Source: Antedon mediterranea (taxonomy: Eukaryota > Animalia > Echinodermata). Taken from it: a stretch of 64,000 nucleotides of DNA. The stretch's first letter is position 1. Each line of letters opens with the position of its first letter. Position numbers and translations under genes: made by a program. The DNA is taken from positions 27,686,912 through 27,750,911 of the forward strand of contig NC_092675.1 in NCBI RefSeq assembly GCF_964355755.1, written 5' to 3'. The notes under the pieces are model-generated. The model saw only the letters and a program-made list of their open reading frames with translations, had not been told where the DNA came from and ran no database searches. Shown here one piece after another: positions 13,601 to 24,284 of this stretch.

Positions 13601-14363
13601 CAATTACAGAATATCACCTGTTATAACTTATTAGCATAACGAGTTGTTTTTAACTAATGTTGAATGCACCATTTTAAAATCGCGAGTAAAACGATTAAAG
13701 ACATCGGAAATTTCTTCCAAATAAGGGCATGGCTGTATTTAGGCCTACCACAAAATGAGTCGGTCCGTTTGTATACTCTTCTTTGAAACTCCCAACAAAA
13801 CAACGGCTTTTTATAGTACTTTAGATAACTTGGCCACAAGTGTAGTCGTGGGCCAATTTCATGACAATTACCATAATTGTTTACAAACCTGTAACAGCAT
13901 AACCCGGAATTTTAAACAATGTCAAACAAGATGTCCTTGTCTTTTTTTTTGGGAGGAAGATAATTGAATTCAAAATTATTAAGTTTCCACAGATCTGATA
14001 AAAAAAATGTATATGTGTCAGGGTCAGTAAAAATGCCAAACCAACAGTTTCTCAGCGGATATAGGCGGTAATCCTATGCTACAGAAAATGACCAAATACA
14101 GTGCGTTTCCTAATCTAATACCCGATTTAGAAACTTTTGAGGGTGAACTGTTATTTCATATTTCTATATTTAATATTTTTCTTGGTATTTTTTCAGGGCA
14201 ACGCTTTGCAATGATGGAATTGAAGGTTGTACTGTCAACACTGTATCGAAGGTTTAACCTGAAAAGTTTACAGAATGGAGATGAGCAAACTCGGCCAGTG
14301 TCGGAACTAGTAGTTCGTCCACAAAATGGCCTCTACGTTTCTGTCACCAAGCGAGATAGGTGA
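1562..14363 (+). CDS. CYP4V2: Cytochrome P450 family 4, CYP4V-like (spliced; 5'-partial, about 450 codons in 9 exons inside the window)
   Basis: Exons 1562-1668, 5230-5315, 6384-6574, 8508-8577, 8898-9024, 10665-10850, 11506-11743, 13080-13259 and 14197-14363 all have AG/GT boundaries and join in frame (1352 nt). Motifs: KPWLGDGLL, WFSRRKLITPTFHF, I-helix EEVDTFMFEGHDTT, K-helix ECLR, PDRF and heme FSAGKRNCIGQRFA. Exon sizes 86/191/70/127/186/180 match human CYP4V2 as I recall them. The symbol denotes the closest human family member, not proven orthology. Confidence 0.93.
3391..3599. mobile_element. PIF/Harbinger-type MITE (family A-related)
   Basis: TIRs GGCCTGGTTCCCACTAG...CTAGTGGGAACCAC; preceded by TAA; ACGCA/TGCGT subterminal repeats. 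Confidence 0.75.
5230..5315 (+). CDS. CYP4V-like exon (86 nt)
   Basis: ctag|GTAATT...TTAAG|gtaagt; VILNSNKHTRKAHFYTFLKPWLGDGLLL. Confidence 0.93.
5748..6280. mobile_element. Three adjacent Harbinger-type MITE family A copies
   Basis: Copies at about 5750-5904, 5991-6132 and 6154-6280 share (AGCTT)GGTTCCCACT-like ends and internal GACCAATCAC...GTGATTGGTC; a degenerate copy sits at about 4590-4690. Confidence 0.7.
6384..6574 (+). CDS. CYP4V-like exon (191 nt)
   Basis: ttgctag|TTCTGGT...TGTG|gtaagt; SGDKWFSRRKLITPTFHFQILNDF...LDALC. Confidence 0.95.
7080..7459. mobile_element. PIF/Harbinger-type MITE (family B)
   Basis: About 38-bp TIR AGCCGATTTTCCACTAGGCGAATTTGTTCGCGCGAATC with 2 mismatches; TTA target-site duplication at 7077-7079 and 7460-7462. 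Confidence 0.9.
8075..8237 (-). mobile_element. tRNA-derived SINE-like repeat
   Basis: A-box TGGTCTAATGG and B-box GGTTCGAATC on -; the same head and body recur on + at 63645-63760 and 63964-64000. Confidence 0.65.
8508..8577 (+). CDS. CYP4V-like exon (70 nt)
   Basis: tttgcag|AAACAGCAATGGG...AAACG|gttagt; ETAMGHRLHSQDNDDNPYAKAVK. Confidence 0.92.
8898..9024 (+). CDS. CYP4V-like exon (127 nt)
   Basis: ctttcag|ATTAGCA...ACAAGG|gtaagt; LAEILQELFKKPLYWIPAIFNRTQSGKEYSECLRVVHGLTTR. Confidence 0.9.
10665..10850 (+). CDS. CYP4V-like exon (186 nt)
   Basis: cacag|GTGATA...TTTGAG|gtaacc; KRLVFLDVLL...DIREEVDTFMFE. Confidence 0.95.
11506..11743 (+). CDS. CYP4V-like exon (238 nt; I-helix end and K-helix)
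   Basis: ttccag|GGTCATGACACA...ATCG|gttagt; GHDTTFSALSW...YLERVIKECLRLKPPV. Not shown in the ORF track. Confidence 0.95.
13080..13259 (+). CDS. CYP4V-like exon (180 nt; meander and heme Cys)
   Basis: ttacag|ATGGTCAC...ATAG|gtacgg; WKDPTVFNPDRFLPE...PFSAGKRNCI. Confidence 0.95.
13475..13607. repeat. 20-bp perfect inverted repeat (MITE remnant)
   Basis: GTAATTGGTCAGATGTTTTG at 13475-13494 and its reverse complement at 13588-13607. Confidence 0.7.
14197..14363 (+). CDS. CYP4V-like last coding exon
   Basis: tttcag|GGCAACGC...; GQRFAMMELKVVLSTLYRRF...VSVTKRDR then TGA. Confidence 0.95.
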
Positions 14364-15175
14364 TACAAGGTCTTCATTAAATGACACCTTGATTAATATA
14401 ACTGGTTGAATGTATCAATATTGAGACACAGACGAAAGACGAGCTTTTTGGTAATGGAAATTTATGTCTCATTCCGGTGATTTTAAAAAGAGTCAAAAAG
14501 TAATCAAACTTAACAAAATTTGCCCTGTAGGTGAATTGCTTAACATTTGAACTTTTCAGATTAGTATTATATTAATAATTTTCTTGTGTTTTTATTAGAT
14601 TGTTTGATGTTTAAATGTTTAAATCAACCCACTGTTTTGTTCATCAACACTTTAGGAGTATCTTTTTGCTGAATATAGATAGCCACAGCCTATTATATCA
14701 CTAACATGCATGCGTATAACATAGTTTGATCTATCAGACCTATTTTACAATGGTTTTCTCAGCAGCTGCAACAGAAACAATAGGTTGATGCGTTGCTATA
14801 GCTAATTGAGTTAGGCCTACCTATATGTCCAGGATTTAAACGGAAAAGCCAAAACAATTTCAGTGGTGATTCAATCATCAAACTGACCATTTGTGAATTA
14901 AGTGACCAGAAATACGTGAATGGATTGAATAATTATTAGTTTCTACCCTTAGGCAAGGTTAGTCATTTTTAATTTGGCTCTACCCCAACACGTTTTACTT
15001 ATTTTGTTTTCACACAATGTGTTCGTTCGCGTAAACGTCGTGAATTATATTTTACTACTGTAAATATTGCAAAGCTATTTTAAAATCATCTATATATAGT
15101 TTTACAAAATTTAATTTTATTTAAGATATAATTGTTTTGTTTAATATGATATTTTAATAATGTAAAAAGGATTTG

Positions 15176-15181
15176 AATAAA
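15176..15181 (+). terminator. Candidate polyadenylation signal of the CYP gene
   Basis: AATAAA about 810 nt after the stop, followed by T/GT-rich sequence; weak evidence in such AT-rich DNA. Confidence 0.35.
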
Positions 15182-15824
15182 ATTCGAAAATTGACTTTGA
15201 TTTAGTTGCTAATTACCATTGTACATTGTCACTATATTAATAATATTTTTCAGTTATAGTTTTTAGTAATATTATTCATCTTTCAGTGATACTATTGTGT
15301 GTCCTATTCGGAAGGTGAACATTTAGGTACTTATCTTGTCTGTTAAAATGAGTTGGCCTACCGTATAAAATAATGTATTTTTGAACCATTCGTAGTACCA
15401 CAAAAACGGGTGAGTTTTGCAGTTATGTTTACATACGGTCTTTATTAAAGAGATTTAGCTTGAATACAACAACTATATCCGATACGATATACTCCCCGTT
15501 GTTATCCGACATAAATGTATTAATTTTGTCTAATGTTACATTCTGAAACATATCGGAGTTATATCGGAGAAGGTAGTTTAACACGTATACTGCGTACAGT
15601 AGTTCGGTTGTAACTCCGATGATTAGAAATACAGCAGCTAATCCCGTTCTTTACAAGCTTTGAATCTTATGTGTGTGAACTAGTAATATGGTAATTAGTA
15701 GGCCTACTTATAATTAATTTGGAAAGTTACCAGTAGTTTAATGATAGGGCGGCTGCATATCGAACAGACAATCGACTCTCGATTTATAAATAACGTGGTG
15801 ACATGCTTCCAGCCGATTCTCGTA

Positions 15825-15980
15825 CAGTATCGCGCCTAGCGACGTTAAACATGCTGCTGTATCGTGTCAGCTACCGACAACCTTCTAAATATATTCTCTC
15901 ACTATCTACACTGAGGTGAAGGTTGATGTCCGAAGACGCGATACTGCAGAATGTTTAACGTCGCTAAATGTGTGATACCG
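15825..15980. mobile_element. MITE with about 45-bp imperfect TIRs (Tc1/mariner-like CAGT start after TA)
   Basis: TAGCGACGTTAAACATGCTGC...GCAGAATGTTTAACGTCGCTA inverted arms. Confidence 0.6.
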
Positions 15981-18544
15981 TGGCTCATTGGTGGAAATGC
16001 GCTTGTGAACCGCATGACCATAGATCACACCAGCTACTTATAAGGTCCTTTTAGAGTTAAAAGAACCATAGTAATAACCCAATAATACTATTGTATCTTT
16101 TCCGACAATGTTTAGTCATTTGTGAGTGATTTTTCTGAGCATGTGTTTTGTGATGATTCGTGCAAAACGATGTGCCAAAAGAAGCCAAAACCGGAGGTAC
16201 AGTAATAGTATAAGATTTCTCTGTCTGAATTCGCTGTAGTTTGGTGGTGGACAGTAATCCTCTAACGTGACTATAAAGTAGGCCTTAATAGATTCCTATT
16301 ACTTTTTTTATGTCTATATAAACTTTGCCTTTAAACTGTTTCTGGTTGATTAACATCATAAATCTCCAGTCAGGCCATTCCTGGCTGGAACCGTTGCGCC
16401 TACGTTCTTTCGTTGTGTCCTAGTGTAATAGGAAATTAGCTTAATAGAACAAGCTTAAATATTATATTAAAACTGAAAACAAGAGGCAGGCTTTTCCTAC
16501 AAATTTGCACATTAAATAAGATGAAAATTTGAATTCTAAACAGATATAAAGACACCTGTCATCAACTTGAAGTGTTGCGTATTTACTGTAGACGGAAATC
16601 GGCTTAAAAGTCGTTGTGTATTCTTAGAATCTATTGCATCAATTATGTCATTCACATATTGATATTTGTATTGTTTTAATATTATTTATTAAGCAGGATT
16701 TATAATATCAGTGAAAACATTATGTCCTTGTTTCAAACATGTATAACGGTGTTACTCAAATTGTGTAGGCGGAGTGGTTGTGGGAAAAGGGTCGATTACC
16801 TCTAACACTACCCACAGCCCGGCAACTCAAAATTAATAAGATATGGAAAATTAAATGTACATTACCAAGAAGCTAATATAAACTTCATTATAAAATACAT
16901 TTCAATGATACGTACTAGGCGTATATCCGGCTTGGCGGGCCGCCGCGATTTGAAAAGTGGTTGCCTTTACAGAATCCTTTTTCAAAAATGGAATCAAAGT
17001 AAGCCTGAAGCCCTGCGAGTAGTTTAAGTTCTAGCTAGACTAAAAATAGTAAAAATATAAATATTTTGGCACATCTGGCGTTTCTGACGTATAATACAGG
17101 CGTCCGTAGTTTTCCGACACAAATATAAACGCCGACTGGTGGACGAACATAAAAAAGACAACAGACTGAGGGAAAGTCTAATTTGCAAGCTACAATTTAG
17201 TCAACACATTTTAATACATATAAACTTTATATAGGTCTAACCTTAATATCTTGTAATAAACATATACAGTACAAGGACGTTATATTTATCTTATTACGAT
17301 ATTCAGTTATTATAATGAGTCATGATAAAAACATTTGAGAATAAAAAGGCTCCTGAAATATGAATAGCATTTTTAATATTTTTCACAGGCCAACTTTAAC
17401 AAATTTAAAGCTAGAAACCTTGCTAAAAGTAATCTTTTTTTGGCAAATATATTTTAGTAATCGTTTTTGGCAAATATAATTTAGTTATGTTCATTTTATT
17501 AGACCAAGTCGATAGATAGGGAACCTGTTGAACAAACTCTAGACAGGGTATAGCGGATATGAATGTTCGGGCAACAGAAAGAACACAACCCTTAAAACGT
17601 TAACATTTAGGCTACCGTATAATTGTGTTATAATCTGTTAGACATTTAGTTAGTAGGCCTAACGTAAACATTTTTTTTCATCTGAATTCTTCAATATCGA
17701 TATTTCCGATAAGAAAAACAGAAACAATTTTCTAAGCACTTAAAGCCACTTATTTAGCATTTATATCCTCATCACGCAAGAACTTTTTCAAGGACTTGAA
17801 TTAATCAATAAGAGGAAAAGAAGAGGTCAAAATGTAAGAGGTACGTTGTTGTACGTCTCGTTCTTTATTCGTACTATCCATAATTCAAAGTAAGTCGACC
17901 GAAAAATGTAATAACGTTGATGGCGCTGTTGCCATATTATGACTCTGATTTTTTGTTTTCTGTAACTGGAGTTTTCGAGTATAACCTTAAAAATAAATCT
18001 AAAAATGTCATTATACATCATTCATTACAGGCGCCACAACAAACTGTTACACAAAATAAGTCTCTATTCATGCCGTTCATTAATGGTTCTTAAATTGTGA
18101 ATTGGTTCTTAAAATCGAAAATAGAGGAAAACATTTGAAAAAAATAAAAAATTCGTAAATCGATTGTAATATTATTAGATTCGATTTTATGCTTATGATA
18201 TTTGTTTATCTGTTTCTTTATTTCTCAGGCATTGTTTAAATTGCCTTATACAAATAATAATCATAAGATTCGAACCTTTGATTTGGCGAATTTGTGGTAA
18301 TTACAAATAGACAGACACATTATGCAATTAAAATGGGTTTTGAATCATAACAAATCGCTTGGGGGCGCTATTGTTCTAACAATAATGTCGTAGCGCCTCG
18401 ATATAAAATAGAAATAAGTCACTGAATTTTAATATCTTTTCGTATTAAGCATATTTGAATACCTACCGGTATGGTACCATACATGTTCGACAATACAGTG
18501 TCACATATTTCTATTTAAAAAAAAACAATTATTAAAAAAAATAA

Positions 18545-18612
18545 AAATATCCGTCGAGGTTCGAACCCCAGCCGATAGCACTCAAAACTGAGCATTACCC
18601 ATTACGCCACCA
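18545..18612 (-). mobile_element. Degenerate tRNA-like (Pol III) unit
   Basis: On -: TGGCGTAATGG (A-box) ... GGTTCGAACC (B-box); no intact cloverleaf. Confidence 0.45.
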
Positions 18613-18711
18613 AGTACATGACTGAAAAACTGATAATAGTCTATTTATACGTGTATTACGTAATTGATCATTACGTCATAAATATCCTATTAACCTTGCT
18701 AAAACCAAAAT

Positions 18712-18970
18712 GATCAGTTAGCTCAGTCGTCTGAGCGTCGTGTTAACAACACGTATGTCGTGGGTTCGATTCCCACGCTGGTCGGTGGAATAGAGTTAAG
18801 GCTATGCGAGTCACTGTGTTTGGGGTTCACAGATCATACGTCCCCCTTTCCACCACACATCATGAGGCGACAACATCAATGCATCTGGTGATGTGGTGGA
18901 AACGACCCCAAAAGGCTGTGGCAGGGCCTTAGTGCTGAGGCAGGGAGAGCACATTTACCATCTTTTTTTT
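18712..18970 (+). mobile_element. SINE with a well-folded tRNA head (18712-18784; tRNA-Ile-like scaffold, AAC anticodon)
   Basis: Acceptor stem GATCAGT/GCTGGTC, D-stem GCTC/GAGC, anticodon arm CGTG-TTAACAA-CACG, T-arm GTGGG-TTCGATT-CCCAC. The D-loop lacks GG and the first long T-run is at about 18963. Confidence 0.65.
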
Positions 18971-19111
18971 GGCTCTCGTCAACTGCTTTGATGGTTTAAA
19001 TTTTATGTTTAGCGCCCTCAATTTATTTTAATGTAAAAAAAAGGGAAAATTAATTCTCTTCGTTACGTGTTTAGAAGAGAATTAATTTTATCTCATCGTA
19101 GTTTGGTATGC

Positions 19112-19940
19112 CGTGCGTTTGTTATGCAAATGAGTGTGCACATGTGCTGTGGGAAAGATGGTATTGTTAGTCATTCGCGATCAACTCACAACACTGTTCA
19201 ATTTTTATTTTGTTAATCTTTTACATTATAATTGTAATTCTACCGTTACACATTATAGTGTATTTTCAAATATCCGTTTCATGTACGATATTGTATTGTA
19301 GGCCTACTAATATGTTGTGAATAAAAGTTTATGGCAGAATAAATAAATAAATAAATATGTTTTAAGCAGATCTTCGAAATTGAAGTTTTTAAAACCCAAC
19401 CTAAAATTCGCATCTGGATAGTTGAAATTTAACATTATAATTATCAAAGGTGATATAATAACTCCCAATTGTTTTCTAAATATTAAAATTAGTAGGTAGG
19501 CTTTTGTGTGCTAGCTCTGTTTGTATTGCATAATTTTGTTTTGTTGAATTACAGTCACGGCCGCGTGCATTGCATGGCTGGTCCTGAAGACTTTTATATT
19601 TCGTTTCATAATTTCCGGGGACTCAGCTTTCATTCTTAGCTCTGCCCAAATCATGGTGAGCTTAACAGGAGACTTAATATTTAATTTCATATTTCAATAA
19701 ATATTTTTTTCAAAATTGTCTTTGCTCAGCCCCAATCATGGTGGGGTAGTGAAGACTCTTATATATCATGTTTCAAAATACTATAGTTGTCATTTCTGGG
19801 GACCTTGTAGCTATTTAAACACAGTTTGGTAAGCCCTGCGTTGTTATGCAAATGAGTTTGTGCAGGTGTAATGGGGAAGGATGGTATGTTAGTCATTCGC
19901 GGTCAAAACGCCTCACTGTTAAATTTTGATGCTGTTAATT
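19112..19940 (+). repeat. Two diverged copies of a ~105-bp repeat (about 19112-19218 and 19837-19940)
   Basis: Shared GTTATGCAAATGAGT...GGGAA(A/G)GATGGTAT...GTTAGTCATTCGCG; each copy contains the octamer ATGCAAAT. Confidence 0.75.
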
Positions 19941-20257
19941 ATTTAAATTAGAAGATTTTTCAAATCATGTAAATAAAATATTTTCCGGGCGGGAAGTTAG
20001 CAGTTCCCCTCGTTTAATTTGCAAAAGTAATCTCGAAAAGAACTCTATGTGGAAAAGAAGCCCACCCAAGAGTACTAAAAATGAAGGAGCACATGGGCTT
20101 CTTTTCGAGGTTTTATGGCAGTATATTTAATGGAAAATAATGCCATGCAACTTTGTTTCTGATTTTAAGTTCCACTTGAAATTTACAATCTTCAAAATAT
20201 CTCTCTTTCAAAATAAAAGAAAAACAATATTCATTATTTTCCATTTAAAAAAAAAAT

Positions 20258-21246
20258 CCACTGGCGCCAAATTGGGTCCACTTGAGCACAATTTATTAAT
20301 ATACGAAAAGATTGAAACTTGAGTTACTTTATTTCTATTTTATATCACTGCTCCACTGGTACTAAATTGTGTCCACTTGAGAACAGTGTTTTATACGAAA
20401 AGATATTAAAATTTAGTGACTTTATTTCTATTTTATATCACTGTGCTCCACTGGGGCCAAATTGGGTCCACCTGAGCACATTGTATTAACATACGAAAAG
20501 ATATAAAAATGTAGTGACTTTATTTCTATTTTATTTTTTTATTAAACCTTATTTTGTGAGGGTGGCCATAAACAGCATATGCAGACAGTCAAAAACATAT
20601 ATGAAAAAACGGATGAACTATGTCAAAAAAATATAAAAATATATAATATAGGGCCTATATGTACTTAAATACAAAAATATAGCCTACAATACTATACAAA
20701 ACGTTGAGTTTTTTCTTTTGGGATTAAATATTTTTTTAGAGCAGACTTAAAATTATTTATTGTTACCGCATTTCTTAGTTTGGTGGGTATCAAATTCAGG
20801 TATGTTGGTGCTCTATAGATGAAGCTGTTCTTAAAAGTTTCAGTTTTAGGGAAAGGGACGACAAATTTCCTCTCACTGACACTTCGGGTACATCGATGAT
20901 TTGGAATTCTGGCAAGACGCAGGGCAAAGTATTCCGGAGCAAGACCATTTGCAGGCCTGTAGGCAAGGCAGCCCAGTTGTAGATGCATGCCATCTTGGAC
21001 TGTATGAAGATTTAAGGTGTTGTAAATGTTAGTTCGTGGTGTGAGAGGATGAGCTTTAGGGATAATGGAACGGAGTTTATTTACATGTAAAGAAAAAGAT
21101 AAATTTGAATCAATGTGAATGCCAAGATGTTTCTGTTTGTCAGTTTGTGATATGGGTATATACGAAACGATATTAAAAGTAGTGACTTTTATTTCTATTT
21201 TATATCACTGTGCTACCCTGGTGCTAAATTGGGTCCACTTGAGCAG
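20258..21246 (+). repeat. ~95-bp tandem repeat array interrupted by a LINE fragment
   Basis: Unit CCACTGGNGC(C/T)AAATTGGGTCCACTTGAG...ATACGAAAAGAT...GTGACTTTATTTCTATTTTATATCACTG; three units at 20258-20534, resuming at about 21160-21246. Confidence 0.8.
20530..21150 (-). mobile_element. Truncated, internally deleted non-LTR retrotransposon (CR1/L2-group LINE 3' end)
   Basis: Minus-strand KQKHLGIHIDSNLSFSLHVNKL (RT thumb, about 21140-21075) and KTETFKNSFIYRAPTYLNLIPTKLRNAVTINNFKSALKKYL (typical ORF2 C-terminus); A-rich tail with AATAAA near 20540. Confidence 0.8.
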
Positions 21247-21995
21247 TTACCGTAGTACTATTTCTATTATTAAAGTTAATAAAGGCATAAATGGCGCTCC
21301 GTAGAGAAGTAGAGAATGCTCCAGTCGTTAGAATGACGCTCTGAATAATATACCTCATGTAGCGCCAAGAGGGAAGACATCTGATTGATGGTAAGATGTT
21401 TAGGACAGTTTGAAGTTTACGACAAGTAGAGATCAAAGAAGAAGAACAGAAGGTAGGTTGACGAAACTGTATAATGTATTATAATTATTATAGTAAAACG
21501 TACAGACAGGGAAAGCATTATAAACAGATATGCGACATTCATTTATTTAGTTTTCCTACCGTAACTAATTTTTTTTTAAATGCAGCTGTGATAAATAGTT
21601 ATTTTGGTAGAGCGCCCTCTAATTTTAATTTATATATTCAAACAAACTTTGTAAATGTTCACAGGTAACTGTAAACATGATTTAAAATGTTACATATCTG
21701 GTCATATATTCAACACACATTCTCTAAAACAAACAAACAATTAATTAAAAATCGTAAAACGTACTCTGATATGATATATTTTAAGCCTTCTGAATGTGTG
21801 TGTTTGTTTCCTGATTACAAGTATGTTTGCTTGGTTCTCCTTCATGGTTAGTGGTCCATCATGTAGACAATAATGCAGTGATTGGTAATGACCGAAGGCT
21901 TACAGATCACTGAGACTATACCGTATTAATCGTCACCTGTAAGGCGACATATAAATATTATTAAGAAAACGTACGTACTTTGTAAATATTGTATT

Positions 21996-22324
21996 GTATA
22001 ATTGTAGCCAGTTTTTCTCTCTCTGTGCTCTCCTCCTCCTGGATAAGTATACTTGTAGCCAGTTTTTCTCTCTGTGCTCTCCTCCTGGATAAGTATAATT
22101 GTAGCCAGTTTTTCTCTCTGTGCTCTCCTCCTGGATAAGTATAATTGTAGCCAGTTTTTCTCTCTGTGCTCTCCTCCTGGATAAGTATAATTGTAGCCAG
22201 TTTTTCTCTCTGTGCTCTCCTCCTGGATAAGTATAATTGTAGCCAGTTTTTCTCTCTGTGCTCTCCTCCTGGATAAGTATAATTGTAGCCAGTTTTTCTC
22301 TCTGTGCTCTCCTCCTGGATAAGT
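21996..22324. repeat. Minisatellite, 46-bp unit, about 7 copies
   Basis: GGATAAGTATAATTGTAGCCAGTTTTTCTCTCTGTGCTCTCCTCCT; units start at 22041, 22087, 22133, 22179, 22225, 22271 and 22317 (last partial), nearly identical. Confidence 0.97.
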
Positions 22325-22389
22325 TAAACGACAATAATGCTCCTACATTATTTTTCTATTATTATCTACTCAACCCATTTTTTCTTTAA

Positions 22390-22934
22390 AGATGTATTGT
22401 CCCTTGAAACACAAAAAAATAAAGGTCAAAATATTCTAAATTTAAATTCTCCATATCAAAGTAATATTAAAGTTATTCACCTTAAGTTGAAAATTCAAGC
22501 CAAAAACAACAATTTTACGTAATTAACAGCTAAATTAATTTGATTACATTTCGTCTGGATAATCGTCCCGAGCGAAAGTAAACAATGATTTCAAACTATG
22601 AGTATACATTATGCATGATGCTAATTAGGATTGTTTACAACTCGTCACGGATGAGAAGGTGTTTTCACACAGATTGCGAGGAAGTTTTATGATTATGCAT
22701 ACAGAGTAGCCCAATAAGCGCGGTGCATTACGAAATATGTTTTGATAGAAAACTTTGACTGGAAGTCAAAGTTATTTTTTTAACCAAAAAACGTCTGTAT
22801 TTCAGTTAAATGATTTTTTTTTTCAACTCATTTTTGGTGAAAATTAATAACTATTGTGATACTTCAAAATGACCCACTTTTTTTCGAAATCTTTTTTTTT
22901 TTTTTTTGGAATTTGACAAAGGGACAATACATCT
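22390..22934. mobile_element. Kolobok-type non-autonomous DNA transposon
   Basis: TIR AGATGTATTGTCCC...GGGACAATACATCT with TTAA duplication on both sides. Confidence 0.85.
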
Positions 22935-23379
22935 TTAATTTATGTTTTTTTATGTAATAAATACAGTGTAAAAGGTTTTTTTTACCTTCACCTCTTTTGT
23001 TTTCTGCCTTTTTGGCAGGTTCATGCAATAGTACCACTATTTTCTGTATAAACTCAGTCTCACTTTCATGTTGACACAATGCTGGTCCATCCATTATGTA
23101 ATTTAGTAACATTGTTATATTTCTATTGCGATGACATACATAACTTATTGATATTTTGTGTCTTTAATCATATTATTTTTCTGTTCTATTATGATTAAAG
23201 TGCCATGAAAAGGTGTAATCATTATAACTATAATCACATCTTCGGAAATATTTAAAGACACTAGACCTACGTTGTTTGACCTAATTTAAGGTCACACACT
23301 ACTTTTATGTAAAAATAAATACCATACAAACAGTTAAAAATGTGAAAATTAAGTCGATTCTAATGATTGTAGCGGCCCG

Positions 23380-23660
23380 CAGTACAGTTGTACAGTACAG
23401 TTTTGTTCCTCCCACTGATGCCAGTCGCATCCAAGAGGCAGTCTTCTCTAGCATCCAAATATATGCTGGATCCGACTGTTGAAGGGCTTCCTTGACTGGG
23501 TTAGCTTCTTAGCTTGACTAGGATCGCACTGAAGGAGATTGATTAATTTGATCCATGGGTCACGATAGTATGGTTTTCGGGCTTGTGCAAAGAGCATTCG
23601 TTTTGTTAATGAGTTATTTGGTTCTCGACAGATATGGGCTACGTACTTACTATGTACGCT
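23380..23660 (-). mobile_element. RTE-like LINE 3' fragment
   Basis: KYVAHICREPNNSLTKRMLF resembles the RTE C-terminal GHxxR...KxxL motif; followed by a stop and a short (ACTGT)-type repeat tail. Confidence 0.5.
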
Positions 23661-23689
23661 ATAAATTCCATAAACGCACATCAAAGAAG

Positions 23690-23770
23690 AGAAATGACTT
23701 GGTTTAATGTTTTTAAAGTTATATATAGGCCTATATGCATTATTTTTACAAAACGTCAACAATTGCAGGT
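23690..23770. repeat. Interspersed repeat fragment; second copy inverted at about 58525-58592
   Basis: AATGAC(T/A)TGGTTTAATGTTTT...ATATGCATTATTTTTACAAAACGTCA shared. Confidence 0.75.
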
Positions 23771-24113
23771 CTAGTGTCTTTTAGCTTTAACAACGACAAT
23801 AATAAGATACTGAAGCCAGATATTGTATTCCAGTTTTCATATTTATTATAATCAATATACATTAACCCTGCATCTCAAGGTTGTTTGTCTGTAAATATTT
23901 TATACAACTTTCTTGCCTCATGGAGGTTTCTTCCACGAGTTCCAAGTTTTACACTATATGTAGGCCTAGAGTTGTTTTACAAATCCAATTATAATTATAT
24001 TCTTCTTTACGTATTTAAGATTTTAATTACATCTTTTTGACGCAGAACTACACAGGGCCGTTACCAGAGAAACATGCATGTGAGGCCTTTTATGATTCAA
24101 ATTATTAGTATAA

Positions 24114-24284
24114 AGCTTGGTTCCCCCTAGAGACGTAACACAAGGACGTAACGCAACGTAAGTTAGTTGACCAATGACAAGCGATGGATTATTCAAACTG
24201 ATGCTTGCCATTTGTCAACATGCTTGCGTTTCGTTTACGTCCTTGCGTTACGTCCTTGCGTTACGTCCTAGTGGGAACCAAGCT
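24114..24284. mobile_element. Harbinger-type MITE family A
   Basis: AGCTTGGTTCCCCCTAG...CTAGTGGGAACCAAGCT, flanked by TAA and TTA; another partial copy at about 27470-27616. Confidence 0.85.

Noticed and set aside
16912-17200. Possible Helentron/DINE-like element
   Set aside because: The ends and a short GACA-type run are only suggestive, and there is no second copy in the window.
18712-18784. Functional tRNA-Val(AAC) gene
   Set aside because: The D-loop lacks the invariant GG, the scaffold is Ile-like, the top anticodon-stem pair is mismatched and there is no adjacent terminator, so I treat it as a SINE head.
21933-22334. 133-aa repetitive ORF, or a possible CRISPR-like array
   Set aside because: It is a 46-bp minisatellite with no unique spacers, in a eukaryotic context.
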